DNA of 64,000 nt. It comes from a virus. Its lineage: Duplodnaviria; Caudoviricetes. Below the pieces are notes generated by a model. The model was not told where the DNA came from. It made no database searches and worked only from the letters and a program-made list of their open reading frames with translations. The position numbers were made by a program, and so were the translations under genes. Positions 1 through 10,418 of this stretch are shown one piece after another. The DNA lies in the IMG/VR virus record IMGVR_UViG_3300025769_000104, positions 686 through 64,685 of that record. The stretch is one strand, 5' to 3'. Position 1 is the first letter of the stretch; every line of letters starts with the position of its first letter.

Positions 1-169
1 CGTGTTCTTTTACTCCTTTCCAAATGTCTCCTTTACGACATCTAACTACAGCCCCTGATTTGTAAGCTGATGGTTTATCAAATTTGCGGTCAGCAATACG
101 AAGACATCTGTCTCGTTTTTTCGCTTTTTCATTTAAAACGTTATGTATTGCTTCCCTAACTTTTTCCAT
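1..169 (-). CDS. Partial modular protein (runs off the window's left end), possible head cargo
   Basis: ATG at 169 overlaps the upstream stop (TAATG); reads MEKVREAIHNVLNE-KAKKRDRCLRIADRKFDKPSAYKSGAVVRCRK; not in the ORF track. Confidence 0.7.
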   Translation of the reverse strand, partial: MEKVREAIHNVLNEKAKKRDRCLRIADRKFDKPSAYKSGAVVRCRKGDIWKGVKEH

Positions 170-789
170 TACCAAAATGTATTCATATTTGCACCTAAAC
201 CTAATGCACTAGCATATCTTGGTAGTCTACAAGACCAGTAAGATGGTTTAGTTCTATCATTTTTTTCAGAACATCTATGGCGTTTAGCAAATGCATTTCT
301 TGCTTTTTTATTTCTAATTTTAGCTCTTAATCCACCTGAACCAAATGATACTTTTTTAATTCTTTTAGTTTTAGGGTCTCTTACATAAACATAATATGCT
401 TTAGAACCACCTCTTTTAGGTTTATTTAATGGTGGGTCTTTTTTCTTTTCGTCTAATTTTTCTTCTTCAATTTCCTCTTTATTTAACATAGGTAAATCTA
501 ATGGTACAGATTCACCTTCATATATTCCAAATTCACCTAAATGTGTTTTGATTAATGCTTCATCTTCTTCACATAAATCAATTACATTTCTAGAATACAT
601 TTTTCTAGCTTCTTTAATTAAAGCTAAATGTTTATCTGAACCAATACGGTATACTGTTTCAAATAAAGGTATTTTTTTATCTATATGATATTGTAAACCT
701 TCAGATAATAAAGATTTTACTTTACCTTCAGTAAGTAAAGGGCCTCTAGTTTTTGTTTGGCATCCACCACATCCACAGTTACAGCTCAT
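169..789 (-). CDS. Two-module phage hypothetical protein with basic C-terminal module (KKVSFG...FAKRHRC...YWSC)
   Basis: 206 aa; C-terminal module resembles one common in large phages; preceded by an acidic linker ending LDE. Confidence 0.6.
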   Translation of the reverse strand: MSCNCGCGGCQTKTRGPLLTEGKVKSLLSEGLQYHIDKKIPLFETVYRIGSDKHLALIKEARKMYSRNVIDLCEEDEALIKTHLGEFGIYEGESVPLDLPMLNKEEIEEEKLDEKKKDPPLNKPKRGGSKAYYVYVRDPKTKRIKKVSFGSGGLRAKIRNKKARNAFAKRHRCSEKNDRTKPSYWSCRLPRYASALGLGANMNTFW

Positions 790-790
790 A

Positions 791-2020
791 TTATAGTCTT
801 ATTCTAGGGTTAACATTATTTAAACCGATATCTTGGAAATAAGCAGGTGAATCAAATAATTTATCTGACATTACTTCTGGTGTTCCAGATACATATACAT
901 ATTCACCAGTACTTGGGCCACTACTTTGACCCATATCATGTACTAAAAAATGAGGAAATCCTTCTTCTTTAGCATAACGAATAAAGTTCATTAATCCAAT
1001 ATTTTTTTGAATATTATCAGAATTTGTAAAATCTGTTTGATCTAATCTATATTTTACAGCATCAGCAGGAAGAGAAGGACCGGGTTTTGCTGTAAGTAAA
1101 TTAAATACATCTTGTTTAAATTGTTTTTTATCTTCAGCTTTTTCATATAACTTTTCAAGTAAATCAGGAAATTTATTTAAGCTATATTCTCTATCCCCTA
1201 AAAACATTTGGGTAAAGTTTTTATCCCCACGTTTACCATCTACTCTTTTAATACCTAGTTTGGCAAGATCATCAGCATTAACTTTATAAGCAGATGGATC
1301 TCTCCCTAATTTTGCATTATATCCTTTAATTTCAAATTCTTCATCGTCTAAAGTTAAATCACCTTTAGATTGAGCTGCTCCTACATTATTAAATAGCATA
1401 GCTAATGCTAATTCTCCCATACCTACTCCTAATTTTTTTTCATCTTGAGTAGTAAATCTTATTAAACTATCAAAAACAGCATCATCTTCAAAATTCATAC
1501 CAGTACCTTTAATCTCGCTTTTTATGTTTCCTACTGGTTTTTTAGCAAATGCTTTTTGTTTATCTGAAGTTATATAATTAATAAATTTATCTCTATCTTT
1601 ATCTGCTACTGAATTGAATACAGAAGCTAATTCTGTTGCATATCTATCTAAAATAATTTTATTATATCCTTTTTTTCTTAAAAGGTCTAATAGTTCTGGT
1701 TGTAATCTAGCATTCATAATCCCATTAACTATTTTTTCAAACATTTCGGGATCATCTAATTTATATTTTGCTTTGACTCTACTATCAGCTTTATTTAAAA
1801 TAGATCTTAATTCTTTTTCTGTATCAAAATCATCATCAGTAATTTTTAAGTCAACTTTCATTTGATCTAATACATCATCTGAAAATAAATTTAATTGTTG
1901 TTCTAAAACATGTTCAGCAATAGAAATTAAAAATTCTTTATCCTTAGGATTACTTACATCAGGGTATCCTTTTGGAAATCTCCAACTATTGTCTCTAATT
2001 ATTTTTTCAAATATATCCAT
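791..2020 (-). CDS. PD-(D/E)XK restriction-endonuclease-like protein
   Basis: GMGELALAML...KGDL...EFEIKG gives an E...D...ExK catalytic pattern. Confidence 0.55.
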   Translation of the reverse strand: MDIFEKIIRDNSWRFPKGYPDVSNPKDKEFLISIAEHVLEQQLNLFSDDVLDQMKVDLKITDDDFDTEKELRSILNKADSRVKAKYKLDDPEMFEKIVNGIMNARLQPELLDLLRKKGYNKIILDRYATELASVFNSVADKDRDKFINYITSDKQKAFAKKPVGNIKSEIKGTGMNFEDDAVFDSLIRFTTQDEKKLGVGMGELALAMLFNNVGAAQSKGDLTLDDEEFEIKGYNAKLGRDPSAYKVNADDLAKLGIKRVDGKRGDKNFTQMFLGDREYSLNKFPDLLEKLYEKAEDKKQFKQDVFNLLTAKPGPSLPADAVKYRLDQTDFTNSDNIQKNIGLMNFIRYAKEEGFPHFLVHDMGQSSGPSTGEYVYVSGTPEVMSDKLFDSPAYFQDIGLNNVNPRIRL

Positions 2021-2481
2021 TATGCTTCTGTATCAACATCTACGTTAACATCAACATCTTCTTCTGCCCCACCTTCATCTGCTCCTGCATCTGCATCTCC
2101 TTCTACTTCAGCTCCACTAGAGGGACCATACTGTAAAATTCTTGCAATTGCTTGGCATGCATATTCTTCTTCGTCTAAGTTAAGTAGATAATATTTTTTA
2201 CCTTCTACTGTTGCAACCCAACTTCTAGGGCTATAAGTTAATAAGAAAGATTGACCATTCAAAAGAACGATACGGAAAGTTGTTGGCTTAGGAGCTACCC
2301 AATCGATTTTTTCTAAGAATGAATCGAATTCATGTGTTAATAAATTAACTATAATATCCTTAAGTTCAGGGAATTTTGTTAGCTCATCATAAGCAATGGC
2401 AGCATCATCTGCTTGTTTACGTTCATTATAAACTTGAAAAACAAGTGCTTTGATTTTTTCTCTTAGTTCTGCTGCTGTCAT
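2020..2481 (-). CDS. Hypothetical protein with acidic tail
   Basis: 153 aa, translationally coupled to both neighbours. Confidence 0.6.
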   Translation of the reverse strand: MTAAELREKIKALVFQVYNERKQADDAAIAYDELTKFPELKDIIVNLLTHEFDSFLEKIDWVAPKPTTFRIVLLNGQSFLLTYSPRSWVATVEGKKYYLLNLDEEEYACQAIARILQYGPSSGAEVEGDADAGADEGGAEEDVDVNVDVDTEA

Positions 2482-4748
2482 TATTTTTCATTTTGTTTTG
2501 ATAAATAGGCAGCTACGGCCATTTTTCGTTTTTTATCTGCGGATTTACCTTTAAATTGTTTAGCATCTGATTTTTGAAAATCATCTATAAAATCATCTAC
2601 TTTATGTTTTTTAGTAAGTTTTTCTTCTAAAGCTTTTATTTCACCACCCTTGTTATAGATGTTTGTTACTTTAGTTTTTCCTTCACCTTTATCATATGAT
2701 ACATTATAGGTAATAGCACCAGTCATTTCTTTGTTAACTTTAGTGATTTCACCTGGGTGTCCTAAGTATGTTACTTTATCTCCTACTTTAAATTCTTTTA
2801 AATTTTTAGATAATTTTTCTTTAACTATAGAAGCAATTTTTGCTTTTAATTCATCTATAGTACCTGATACTGGGCCTCTGTTTCTATAAAAGTCTGCTTG
2901 TGCTTTAGATTCTCTATCTAAACCGCTCATTACATGGTCAACTATATCTTTTAAACCTTCAGCTGAAATATCTACTGGGTTATAATTTCCATCTGTCATA
3001 TAAGAATCTATGCCAGCTGTTCCAGATCGACCTGCTTCTCTCATTCCTGCTTTAGTAGCTTGATCTTGATCAATTCTATAACCGCTCATTCTACTTATAG
3101 AAAATTCGTCAGTATCTTTATTGTGTTGGAATATTACTGCTTGAGGAGATCTACTTCTACCTCTACTTACCATGTATCCTTCTACTCCTTCTTTTGCTGG
3201 ATAGCCATCTGGTCTACGTTCTGTTATATCGTACCCTTTAGACTTGAAGTAATCAAATAATTGACCACCATCCATTGCTTCGTTTAAGTAACCTAATTGT
3301 TTAGCATACTTGTATCTTAATTTATCATCTTCATAAGGTTTATTACCAAAAGTATAATTAGGGTCTCTTCTAACTGAAATATCAATATCACTAGCAGCTT
3401 TGTCTCCAAATTTTTCTATATCGCTAAATCCTAAAGCATTTTCTTCCATGTAATCCTTTTCAGCTCTTCTTCGTTGCATGTAGTCTGTTGGTTTAGTATC
3501 ATCGTCAAATTTAAGATTAGATATAACATCAGCATAATCTACAATTTTATCACTATCAACAAATTCTACTTTCCATTCTGTTTCAGGACCATGCATATGG
3601 ACTACAACTGCTCTACCAGCATATGTTGCAGGTTTCATTTCGCTAGGATCCATTTCTTCACCTAACATAGCATCGATTTTAGCTACACTTTCTTCTCCAT
3701 CTAAATAATGTTTAGCTTTAACTAACGCTTCTTTTGAGTTAATAATTTTAGCTTGCCACCATTGTGGAAAATCTACTTCACCACCTTTGTTATCATATTT
3801 GTCTACCATTTTATATAGCTCAGCTGCATATTTAGCTATTCTATATAAGTCTTTTTTTAACATATGTGGTTCATCATCTTGGTGACCTACATCTAAATCT
3901 TCTTGCATATAATCTTCATCCTCATCTTCATCATCATAATAAGAGTAATCATCCCATTCATCTTCCTCATCTTCCATGTCTTTTACATGCTGAATATATT
4001 TGTCACCATAATTGAATAGATCGTCTTCATTTTTAGTAAGATCATTTTCTCTTACTTTCATTTCAACGTATTGTAAAGCTATAGATGCAAGATCTTCTAA
4101 TTCTTTTTTATCATAGTCCTTGCCAAAGTTATCATCTTCCCAAGCTTTAAACTTAGCTCTTATTTCTGAAGGTATACCTGAAGCATCGGTTAAAAATTCC
4201 ATAGCGGGACCAGCTGTTTCAGCTCCATATCCAGACCAAAATAAATCTCCATCATTACCCCATCTGTAAATAATTCTATTTAATGCTCTAATAATTTCAC
4301 CTTCTACAGTATCAGCATTACCAGAGCCGGGAACTAATTTGTCAAATAAAACAGTTATTCTTTTTTCTGTTTCACCACCAATAAATTCTTTAATAAGGTT
4401 TTCTTCTTTTAATTCTGTTTGTTCAATATTATCTTCATTACTTGTAGCAGATACTTCAGAGCCATAGTTAGCTCCACCTGAATATGATTTATTTGAATCA
4501 AAATCTAGGGCTTGTGATTTAGGGGCAGGATCGTTTACTTCTAAAGTAGTTCGAATTAATTCTTTAAGATTTTCTAAGTTCATTTTTTCAACTTTTTTCT
4601 TAGCTTGTTTAGTAGCTATACCATAAGCAACTTTTTCTGCATCTGCTCCGTACTTTTTAACTAAAGCTTGTTTGTTGTTTAACAAACCTTTTAGGGCAAT
4701 TTTTCTTTGCTCTAGTTCGTTTTCCGTAAGCTTGCGTTCATTAAGCAT
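2481..4748 (-). CDS. Multi-module protein, putative internal head polyprotein
   Basis: 755 aa; unrelated short modules separated by LIKE, MQE, LGEE, MEE, LNE, LKE, LEE; includes SH3/KOW-like FKVGDKVTY. Confidence 0.55.
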   Translation of the reverse strand: MLNERKLTENELEQRKIALKGLLNNKQALVKKYGADAEKVAYGIATKQAKKKVEKMNLENLKELIRTTLEVNDPAPKSQALDFDSNKSYSGGANYGSEVSATSNEDNIEQTELKEENLIKEFIGGETEKRITVLFDKLVPGSGNADTVEGEIIRALNRIIYRWGNDGDLFWSGYGAETAGPAMEFLTDASGIPSEIRAKFKAWEDDNFGKDYDKKELEDLASIALQYVEMKVRENDLTKNEDDLFNYGDKYIQHVKDMEDEEDEWDDYSYYDDEDEDEDYMQEDLDVGHQDDEPHMLKKDLYRIAKYAAELYKMVDKYDNKGGEVDFPQWWQAKIINSKEALVKAKHYLDGEESVAKIDAMLGEEMDPSEMKPATYAGRAVVVHMHGPETEWKVEFVDSDKIVDYADVISNLKFDDDTKPTDYMQRRRAEKDYMEENALGFSDIEKFGDKAASDIDISVRRDPNYTFGNKPYEDDKLRYKYAKQLGYLNEAMDGGQLFDYFKSKGYDITERRPDGYPAKEGVEGYMVSRGRSRSPQAVIFQHNKDTDEFSISRMSGYRIDQDQATKAGMREAGRSGTAGIDSYMTDGNYNPVDISAEGLKDIVDHVMSGLDRESKAQADFYRNRGPVSGTIDELKAKIASIVKEKLSKNLKEFKVGDKVTYLGHPGEITKVNKEMTGAITYNVSYDKGEGKTKVTNIYNKGGEIKALEEKLTKKHKVDDFIDDFQKSDAKQFKGKSADKKRKMAVAAYLSKQNEK

Positions 4749-4750
4749 GA

Positions 4751-5395
4751 TTAATCAGTTCTATCACCAACTACTACTTTTCTTGTAAAGTAAGTAATTG
4801 TATTACCAATTTGATCAGCTAAAATTTCATTACCTAAAGATACAGCAGCATCCATAGCAGCCTTTAATGAATCTTGGACAATTTCTTCTTCTGGAGATAA
4901 TCCTACGTCTACTTTAGCTTTAACTGCTTTCTTTTCGATTTCAATGTCATCACCTTCAGCATCAACGTTTACTTTATCTTTTACATCTACATCAACGTCA
5001 GCTTCAACATCATCCTCAACATCAACATCTACATCTTCTTCAGCTTCTTGGAGTAAAGAGATAATATCTTCTTTAATTTTAGCTTTAAGTTCAGATACTT
5101 TCATTTTAGATGAAGAAATTTCTTCAGTAACTTCTAATTCTTCACTAGCCATAGCTTTTTGCATAGATCCTACTTCAATACTGTCTAGAAAATTTTTAAA
5201 TGCAGCTTTAGCTTTACTTCCGCTTTTATCAACAAAAGCTTTTAGCTTTTTAAGATCATCACCTACAGGGTCTCCAGATGTTTCAACATATTCTTGAACT
5301 TCTTTTTGAGATTCAGTGATTAATTTTTCTTCTTTAACTTCTTCTCGAAGTAAAGGGTTGTTTTTTAGATACTCTTTGTAGTTAAAATCGCCCAT
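4751..5395 (-). CDS. Acidic hypothetical protein, possible scaffold/core protein
   Basis: 214 aa; leader [19 protein letters not shown]; DVDVD runs; late motif upstream. Confidence 0.55.
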   Translation of the reverse strand: MGDFNYKEYLKNNPLLREEVKEEKLITESQKEVQEYVETSGDPVGDDLKKLKAFVDKSGSKAKAAFKNFLDSIEVGSMQKAMASEELEVTEEISSSKMKVSELKAKIKEDIISLLQEAEEDVDVDVEDDVEADVDVDVKDKVNVDAEGDDIEIEKKAVKAKVDVGLSPEEEIVQDSLKAAMDAAVSLGNEILADQIGNTITYFTRKVVVGDRTD

Positions 5396-5420
5396 TATAG
5401 TATATTTTTATTTATAAATA

Positions 5421-6014
5421 TTAGTTTCTTTTGTTACTGTTACCTCTTTTTGAACGAGTGTTATTAGTAGGTACTCTTGGTTTAGTTTCGGGTCTTGTAG
5501 TATTAGACCTTGATCGGTTGTTTATATTAGGAGGAGTGTAATATTGTCTATCTTGGTTACTACTACCTCTTCTCCCATTTATCTGTACTCGAGGTCTTTG
5601 AGGAGGAGTGGGGGTATAAACTTTAGGTCTATTGTAGTAGTTTCTATATATTCTCCATCTCCAATAAGGATCATTTAAACCATAAAACCAATTATTTCCC
5701 CAATACCATTGACTATTATAATAAAATCTCCAATCATTATAATAATTAGGTTCTACTTTTCTTCTAAATTCTTCAATAGGCATATTAATAGTATCACCTT
5801 CAGATGTTACTGCTAATACATGACTAATTTGTGGTCTTTTAGTTTGAACATAATAAGTACCACAGGAAGTAAAAGATACTAAAATTAATAATAGAATAAA
5901 ATTTTTCATATCTATTAAACTAAAAAAAGCAACTTTAATCCTTACCCAGAGTCTTTGACCCCAAGATAAAGATTTAAATTCCTTAGTATTAAATATGTCT
6001 TCTAATTGTTTCAT
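5421..6014 (-). CDS. Putative lipoprotein (probable start 5909; 6014 is an alternative)
   Basis: MKNFILLLILVSFTSC lipobox; W/Y/N-rich middle and P/R/N-rich disordered tail. Confidence 0.6.
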   Translation of the reverse strand: MKQLEDIFNTKEFKSLSWGQRLWVRIKVAFFSLIDMKNFILLLILVSFTSCGTYYVQTKRPQISHVLAVTSEGDTINMPIEEFRRKVEPNYYNDWRFYYNSQWYWGNNWFYGLNDPYWRWRIYRNYYNRPKVYTPTPPQRPRVQINGRRGSSNQDRQYYTPPNINNRSRSNTTRPETKPRVPTNNTRSKRGNSNKRN

Positions 6015-6015
6015 A

Positions 6016-6345
6016 TTAACTAACATCCATAGCATCGTTATAGTCAGCTACTAAACCTTTAGCTTCTAACTTAGATACAATATCTTTTAAAACTGAGGTG
6101 TCATAGGATCTAGGGATTTCTACATCGATGCCTATGGTTTTCATCCATTCTTCAGCCTCATCTTTCCAAATTTTCTTTTTATGAGCCACATTTGCAGTGG
6201 CAGGAACATCATAAAGATAAATTCCATAAAGGCTGCCATAATCAGTATAAGTAAAATCAACACCTTTTACTTTGAAATCTATTGATTCATTAAGTCTAGA
6301 TAGGTATCTTTTTTTATTCCACTCATGTAAATCAAAAGTATCCAT
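6016..6345 (-). CDS. Hypothetical protein with shared leader
   Basis: Leader MDTFDLHEWNKKRYLSRLNE resembles that of 9036..9857. Confidence 0.6.
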   Translation of the reverse strand: MDTFDLHEWNKKRYLSRLNESIDFKVKGVDFTYTDYGSLYGIYLYDVPATANVAHKKKIWKDEAEEWMKTIGIDVEIPRSYDTSVLKDIVSKLEAKGLVADYNDAMDVS

Positions 6346-6373
6346 ATTATTATTTTATTATAAATATATAAAA

Positions 6374-6949
6374 TTATTTTTTAAGACCATTTAAATATTC
6401 AATAACGTTTTCGATATTTTCATCTACACGTTTTTTGTTAATTTTGCCTCTCCATGTTTCTACATCCCCTGCTTCTGAAACATGCTGGTAATTGGTTTCG
6501 GATAGTTTATCTTCTACCCAGTTTTTAAAATCTTTAATTTTATTATCTATTTCAGAATTGATAATATTTTTTTGATATTCTTCCCATTTACCCTCTCGTT
6601 TAAGTTTGTCTTCTTTTTTTATAACACAAGTAAAACAGGTTTTATGTATAGGATAAAACTTTTTATCATTTTTATTTTTCATTACTTTTTTACATTCAGG
6701 ACAAAATAAAGGCATGTTATGTGCCTTTTTAGCTTTATCTAATTTAGTAATGTTTTGTTTAATACCCTCTTTAATAGTCCAAGTACGACCATCACTTTCC
6801 CAAACATCACCTTCTTCATAATGTTTTTCAGATTTTGAAAACCCAACACTAGTTTGGGTTTTTTCTCCATATTTACCTTGAATAAGGTTTCTCATTCGCT
6901 CTACATCCTTTTTAGCGAACTCTCTATTTAAACCCTGTACTTTACTCAT
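6374..6949 (-). CDS. Zn-finger-containing hypothetical protein
   Basis: CPEC...CFTC. Confidence 0.6.
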   Translation of the reverse strand: MSKVQGLNREFAKKDVERMRNLIQGKYGEKTQTSVGFSKSEKHYEEGDVWESDGRTWTIKEGIKQNITKLDKAKKAHNMPLFCPECKKVMKNKNDKKFYPIHKTCFTCVIKKEDKLKREGKWEEYQKNIINSEIDNKIKDFKNWVEDKLSETNYQHVSEAGDVETWRGKINKKRVDENIENVIEYLNGLKK

Positions 6950-9036
6950 AAACCGAGATTTTTTAAATCGTTTATAACTTGATTAGCTGATTGGTATAAT
7001 ACACCTGTACCTCCTGCTCCTACCCATCTACCTATTGTATCTGCTCTATCATCAATTAAAATATCATTTTTAGTTAAATCAGGCTTAACCATATGTTTTT
7101 CTTTAGCTTGTTTGTAAAACACTTTAGGTTTACTTGGATATAATGTACCAACCTTGTCTTTAACCCACAAGCCCTTTCCAATAACACTTTGTTTTTTAAC
7201 TGAGGGTGCAGTTAACATTTGATAAGGGTATTGTGAAACAAAGTCAACTAATTGTTTAGCTCCAGGCATTAATTCAATACCTCTCCAAAATGCTACTTTA
7301 TGTTTTTCATCAATTAAGTCCCAAAAAGCATTTTTACCATATTTGTCAATATAATCTGGGGGTAACATCCCTGATAGATCCTTAAATCTTTTTTCAAAAT
7401 TAGCTACTACACCATCCATGTCTAAATAAATGTTTGGCTCTTCTATTGTTTCATCTTCTCTAAGCATAGCTAATTCACGAGCATAAGCATTAATCCCAAA
7501 TGGATCACCCTTTTTTCCTTTTCTTAGCTTAGATTCTTTTATAATACTATCAGACCATTTTCTAAATGAAATGTTTCCTGTTTCATATGCTTCTCTTTCA
7601 ATTTTTTCTAAATGATCATCTTCAGATGTATTTGTAGTATTAATTCCATCTAATCTATCCTCCATGTTTTGATGAACATGAACTAATTCATGAGCATAAG
7701 AACGTAAAATATCTTTAGGATGTCTACCTAATGTATATAATACTACTGTATTATTTCCTGGGGCATAATAAGCTGTTTTACCAAAGAAATCTTTAGCATT
7801 AGCTTCTGCATTATGGACAAATTTTACTTTAGGATATGGTTTTAATTTTAAACCATCTTTTTCCATACTTTTAGTTAATGAGATAAGTAAAGGTTTAAAA
7901 TCAAAAGTTTTAGGATCTAGTACTTCATTTAAAGCTTGTTTAGATATATCAACTACCCATATTTTAGGATCAATTCCATTTTTAATTAAACCTGCTACTC
8001 TAGTATTACCCGCAACTAAATCATAATCATTATCATCGAATTTAACTGCAATAGACATTTCAATTACTCCTTTTTCATATGCAGCAAGAAAACGTTGCTT
8101 TTTAGGTTCTTCTAATTTATCAAACTTTAAATCAACATTTCCTAATTTATTTTTAATAGAACTATAAGAAACTGGTTTTCCTTTTTTAGCTACTTCTATC
8201 CATTTTTGTTTACCCATTTCAACAAACTCATCATAACGTTCAGCTTCCTCCCATTCTTCACTAAAGTCAGGATTAGTATATTTTATTTGTTTATTTTCTT
8301 CCAACCCTAAACTAGCTAATTTAGTATAATATTTTGGATCCTCAGCTAAATGTTGTAAAGCAATTACTTTAGCTTTAGCTGGATCATCTGTATGTTCCAT
8401 TTCAACTTTGATCCCCATTTTAAGTTCTTTGGGGTCAACGTCTTTTTCTTTAGCTGGGTGTTGGATTTCTTGAATTTTATCTGCTACTATATTATATACT
8501 TCTTCTACTTCTTCATCTGATAGTTCTTTTGGTAAAAATGGTCTTAATTTTTCCATTGAAATATCTGCAGCATTTCTAGCAGCAGTACCTGAAACCCCAC
8601 CTTGTGTAACTACAGTTTCAAGCTTCATATTAGGATAATTATCTATAGCTTTAGTTCTACTGGCTATATCTTTAAAATCATCTTCATTTCCTTCTCTAGC
8701 TCCAATTACGAATAATACTTGCTCTTCAGGATGTTCTTTAGCATAATTATAAACTGCTTGGATGGGTGGTTTTGAACTTATTTGTATTTCAACACTTATA
8801 GGAAGATATTTTTTATAGATATCCCAAATTAATAATGAATCTTCAGGTGTAACCTTACCCCTTTGTTTTCCACCTATTAAAATAATAAATTTATCAATAT
8901 TAGGGTTTTTCTTTAATGCTTCTTTTACAACAGCAAAGTGGCCAGAAGTGGGTGGTTTAAAACCCCCTCCATAAACTGCTACTTGCCTAATATCCTCTTC
9001 TAATAGAGGTCTTATTAATTCATCAACTAAACTCAT
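6946..9036 (-). CDS. Five-domain fusion: HxGH nucleotidyltransferase, DUF5661-like, ParB-like, zincin, HAD 5'(3')-deoxyribonucleotidase
   Basis: YGGGFKPPTSGH; KELKMGIKVEMEHT; LVAGNTRV; HELVH; IYLDMDGV...LIDDR. Confidence 0.7.
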   Translation of the reverse strand: MSLVDELIRPLLEEDIRQVAVYGGGFKPPTSGHFAVVKEALKKNPNIDKFIILIGGKQRGKVTPEDSLLIWDIYKKYLPISVEIQISSKPPIQAVYNYAKEHPEEQVLFVIGAREGNEDDFKDIASRTKAIDNYPNMKLETVVTQGGVSGTAARNAADISMEKLRPFLPKELSDEEVEEVYNIVADKIQEIQHPAKEKDVDPKELKMGIKVEMEHTDDPAKAKVIALQHLAEDPKYYTKLASLGLEENKQIKYTNPDFSEEWEEAERYDEFVEMGKQKWIEVAKKGKPVSYSSIKNKLGNVDLKFDKLEEPKKQRFLAAYEKGVIEMSIAVKFDDNDYDLVAGNTRVAGLIKNGIDPKIWVVDISKQALNEVLDPKTFDFKPLLISLTKSMEKDGLKLKPYPKVKFVHNAEANAKDFFGKTAYYAPGNNTVVLYTLGRHPKDILRSYAHELVHVHQNMEDRLDGINTTNTSEDDHLEKIEREAYETGNISFRKWSDSIIKESKLRKGKKGDPFGINAYARELAMLREDETIEEPNIYLDMDGVVANFEKRFKDLSGMLPPDYIDKYGKNAFWDLIDEKHKVAFWRGIELMPGAKQLVDFVSQYPYQMLTAPSVKKQSVIGKGLWVKDKVGTLYPSKPKVFYKQAKEKHMVKPDLTKNDILIDDRADTIGRWVGAGGTGVLYQSANQVINDLKNLGL

Positions 9037-9857
9037 TAAGATAAAAATTGTTTAATTTTAGATTGTGCTTCTTCTTTAGATACAGAACCATCTATAATAT
9101 CTTTAGCTCCATCATCACTTAATAATGCTTGAACATCAGCATTTAATTCCGCTTTTTGTTTATCACTTCTAGCTTGTTGAGATGCTGTTTTTGGTTTAGT
9201 TCCTGTTGGTTTAAAGGGGTCAAGATATTTTTTAACTACATCTTCAACATCCTTTAACTTTTCATCTTCTAATGTATTAGCAACAGAAACAAAATTATTG
9301 CCAAATAAGTCTTTATATGCAGACCAGTTTTTAGTTACATCTAACCAAGTACGTAATACAATAGAAGGAGCTAAACTTCTATCTTCACCTCCTGATTTTT
9401 CAAATCTATCTTGGTTTTGTTTAAGTGAACGTTCTAAATCTGTATAGACATAAAGCATAAATACATCATATCCTGCTTCTTCTAATTCATCTTTTAATTC
9501 AATTGTTTTTTTAAGTGAAGCAGATGTGCCATCTAATATAAAGGATTCTTTAGCTTCAATTGTATCCGTTACATCTGCTTTAAAATCTTTAACAGCAGCA
9601 GCCATTGCTTTAGCTGCTTCACTTCTTTCTTCAGGTGTAGATTTTTTTAAATCTAAAGATACATTTGCTTGTTTTAAATTAGCAATGTATTTATTATCTA
9701 CATTCATTACTTTTAATCCACCTAAATTTAAACCACTTAAAACATATCCTTTACCCGCACCTGGAGCACCTGCTAAAATAATTGCTTTAGGTTGACCTTG
9801 TGCTTCGGCTAGATAGCGCTTATAATTCCATTTATGTATATCAAAAGTATCAATCAT
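9036..9857 (-). CDS. Zeta-toxin-like P-loop kinase
   Basis: ILAGAPGAGKG Walker A; VDN; FILDGT; GYDVFMLYV. Confidence 0.75.
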   Translation of the reverse strand: MIDTFDIHKWNYKRYLAEAQGQPKAIILAGAPGAGKGYVLSGLNLGGLKVMNVDNKYIANLKQANVSLDLKKSTPEERSEAAKAMAAAVKDFKADVTDTIEAKESFILDGTSASLKKTIELKDELEEAGYDVFMLYVYTDLERSLKQNQDRFEKSGGEDRSLAPSIVLRTWLDVTKNWSAYKDLFGNNFVSVANTLEDEKLKDVEDVVKKYLDPFKPTGTKPKTASQQARSDKQKAELNADVQALLSDDGAKDIIDGSVSKEEAQSKIKQFLS

Positions 9858-9870
9858 AATATTAATTTTA

Positions 9871-10416
9871 TTATACTGTGGGTTTACCCATTAATGTTTT
9901 TGTATATAATTTTCCTGCTATATTTCTCTTATATTTCCCATTGCCTAACCATTCAATATCTTTACCCTTAAGTACTTTACGTACTAATTCTTCATCATCA
10001 ACTGGTTCTACACCTTTAGCAGAAAGAATATCTATCCACGCCCCTGATACTTCTATATAATATCCTGGCTGTTTTAATAAATCTGCTCTATAATTTACTA
10101 CTCTAGATTTAGCAGGTTTAGTACCATCATGGCCAGTTGCTATAAACTTATTTCCAAATCCTTTTTGTTTATATGCTGATAAAGCATCAATTTCAGGATC
10201 ATCATCTAGATCTATTACTTCATATTCAGCATCTGATTCCTTACCTGTTATTGAGTCTGGTGAAGTAAAATTAGGATGACCACCAATTGGGGCATACGCA
10301 GTAGAAATTAAATTAAAGATTTCTTCACTATAATCCTTTAACTCAGAAGCTGGAATTGTTACCCATTTATTCTTAGGTATATCTATTTCATTTAAAAGAT
10401 CTACAAGTTTGATCAT
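9871..10416 (-). CDS. Putative GNAT-like protein
   Basis: STAYAPIGG...KFIATGHDG...YIEVSG; leader MIKLVDLLNE. Confidence 0.45.
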   Translation of the reverse strand: MIKLVDLLNEIDIPKNKWVTIPASELKDYSEEIFNLISTAYAPIGGHPNFTSPDSITGKESDAEYEVIDLDDDPEIDALSAYKQKGFGNKFIATGHDGTKPAKSRVVNYRADLLKQPGYYIEVSGAWIDILSAKGVEPVDDEELVRKVLKGKDIEWLGNGKYKRNIAGKLYTKTLMGKPTV

Positions 10417-10418
10417 AA

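Noticed and set aside
9036-9857. Epsilon-zeta toxin-antitoxin pair
   Set aside because: No epsilon-like antitoxin is adjacent; the kinase instead carries the shared leader
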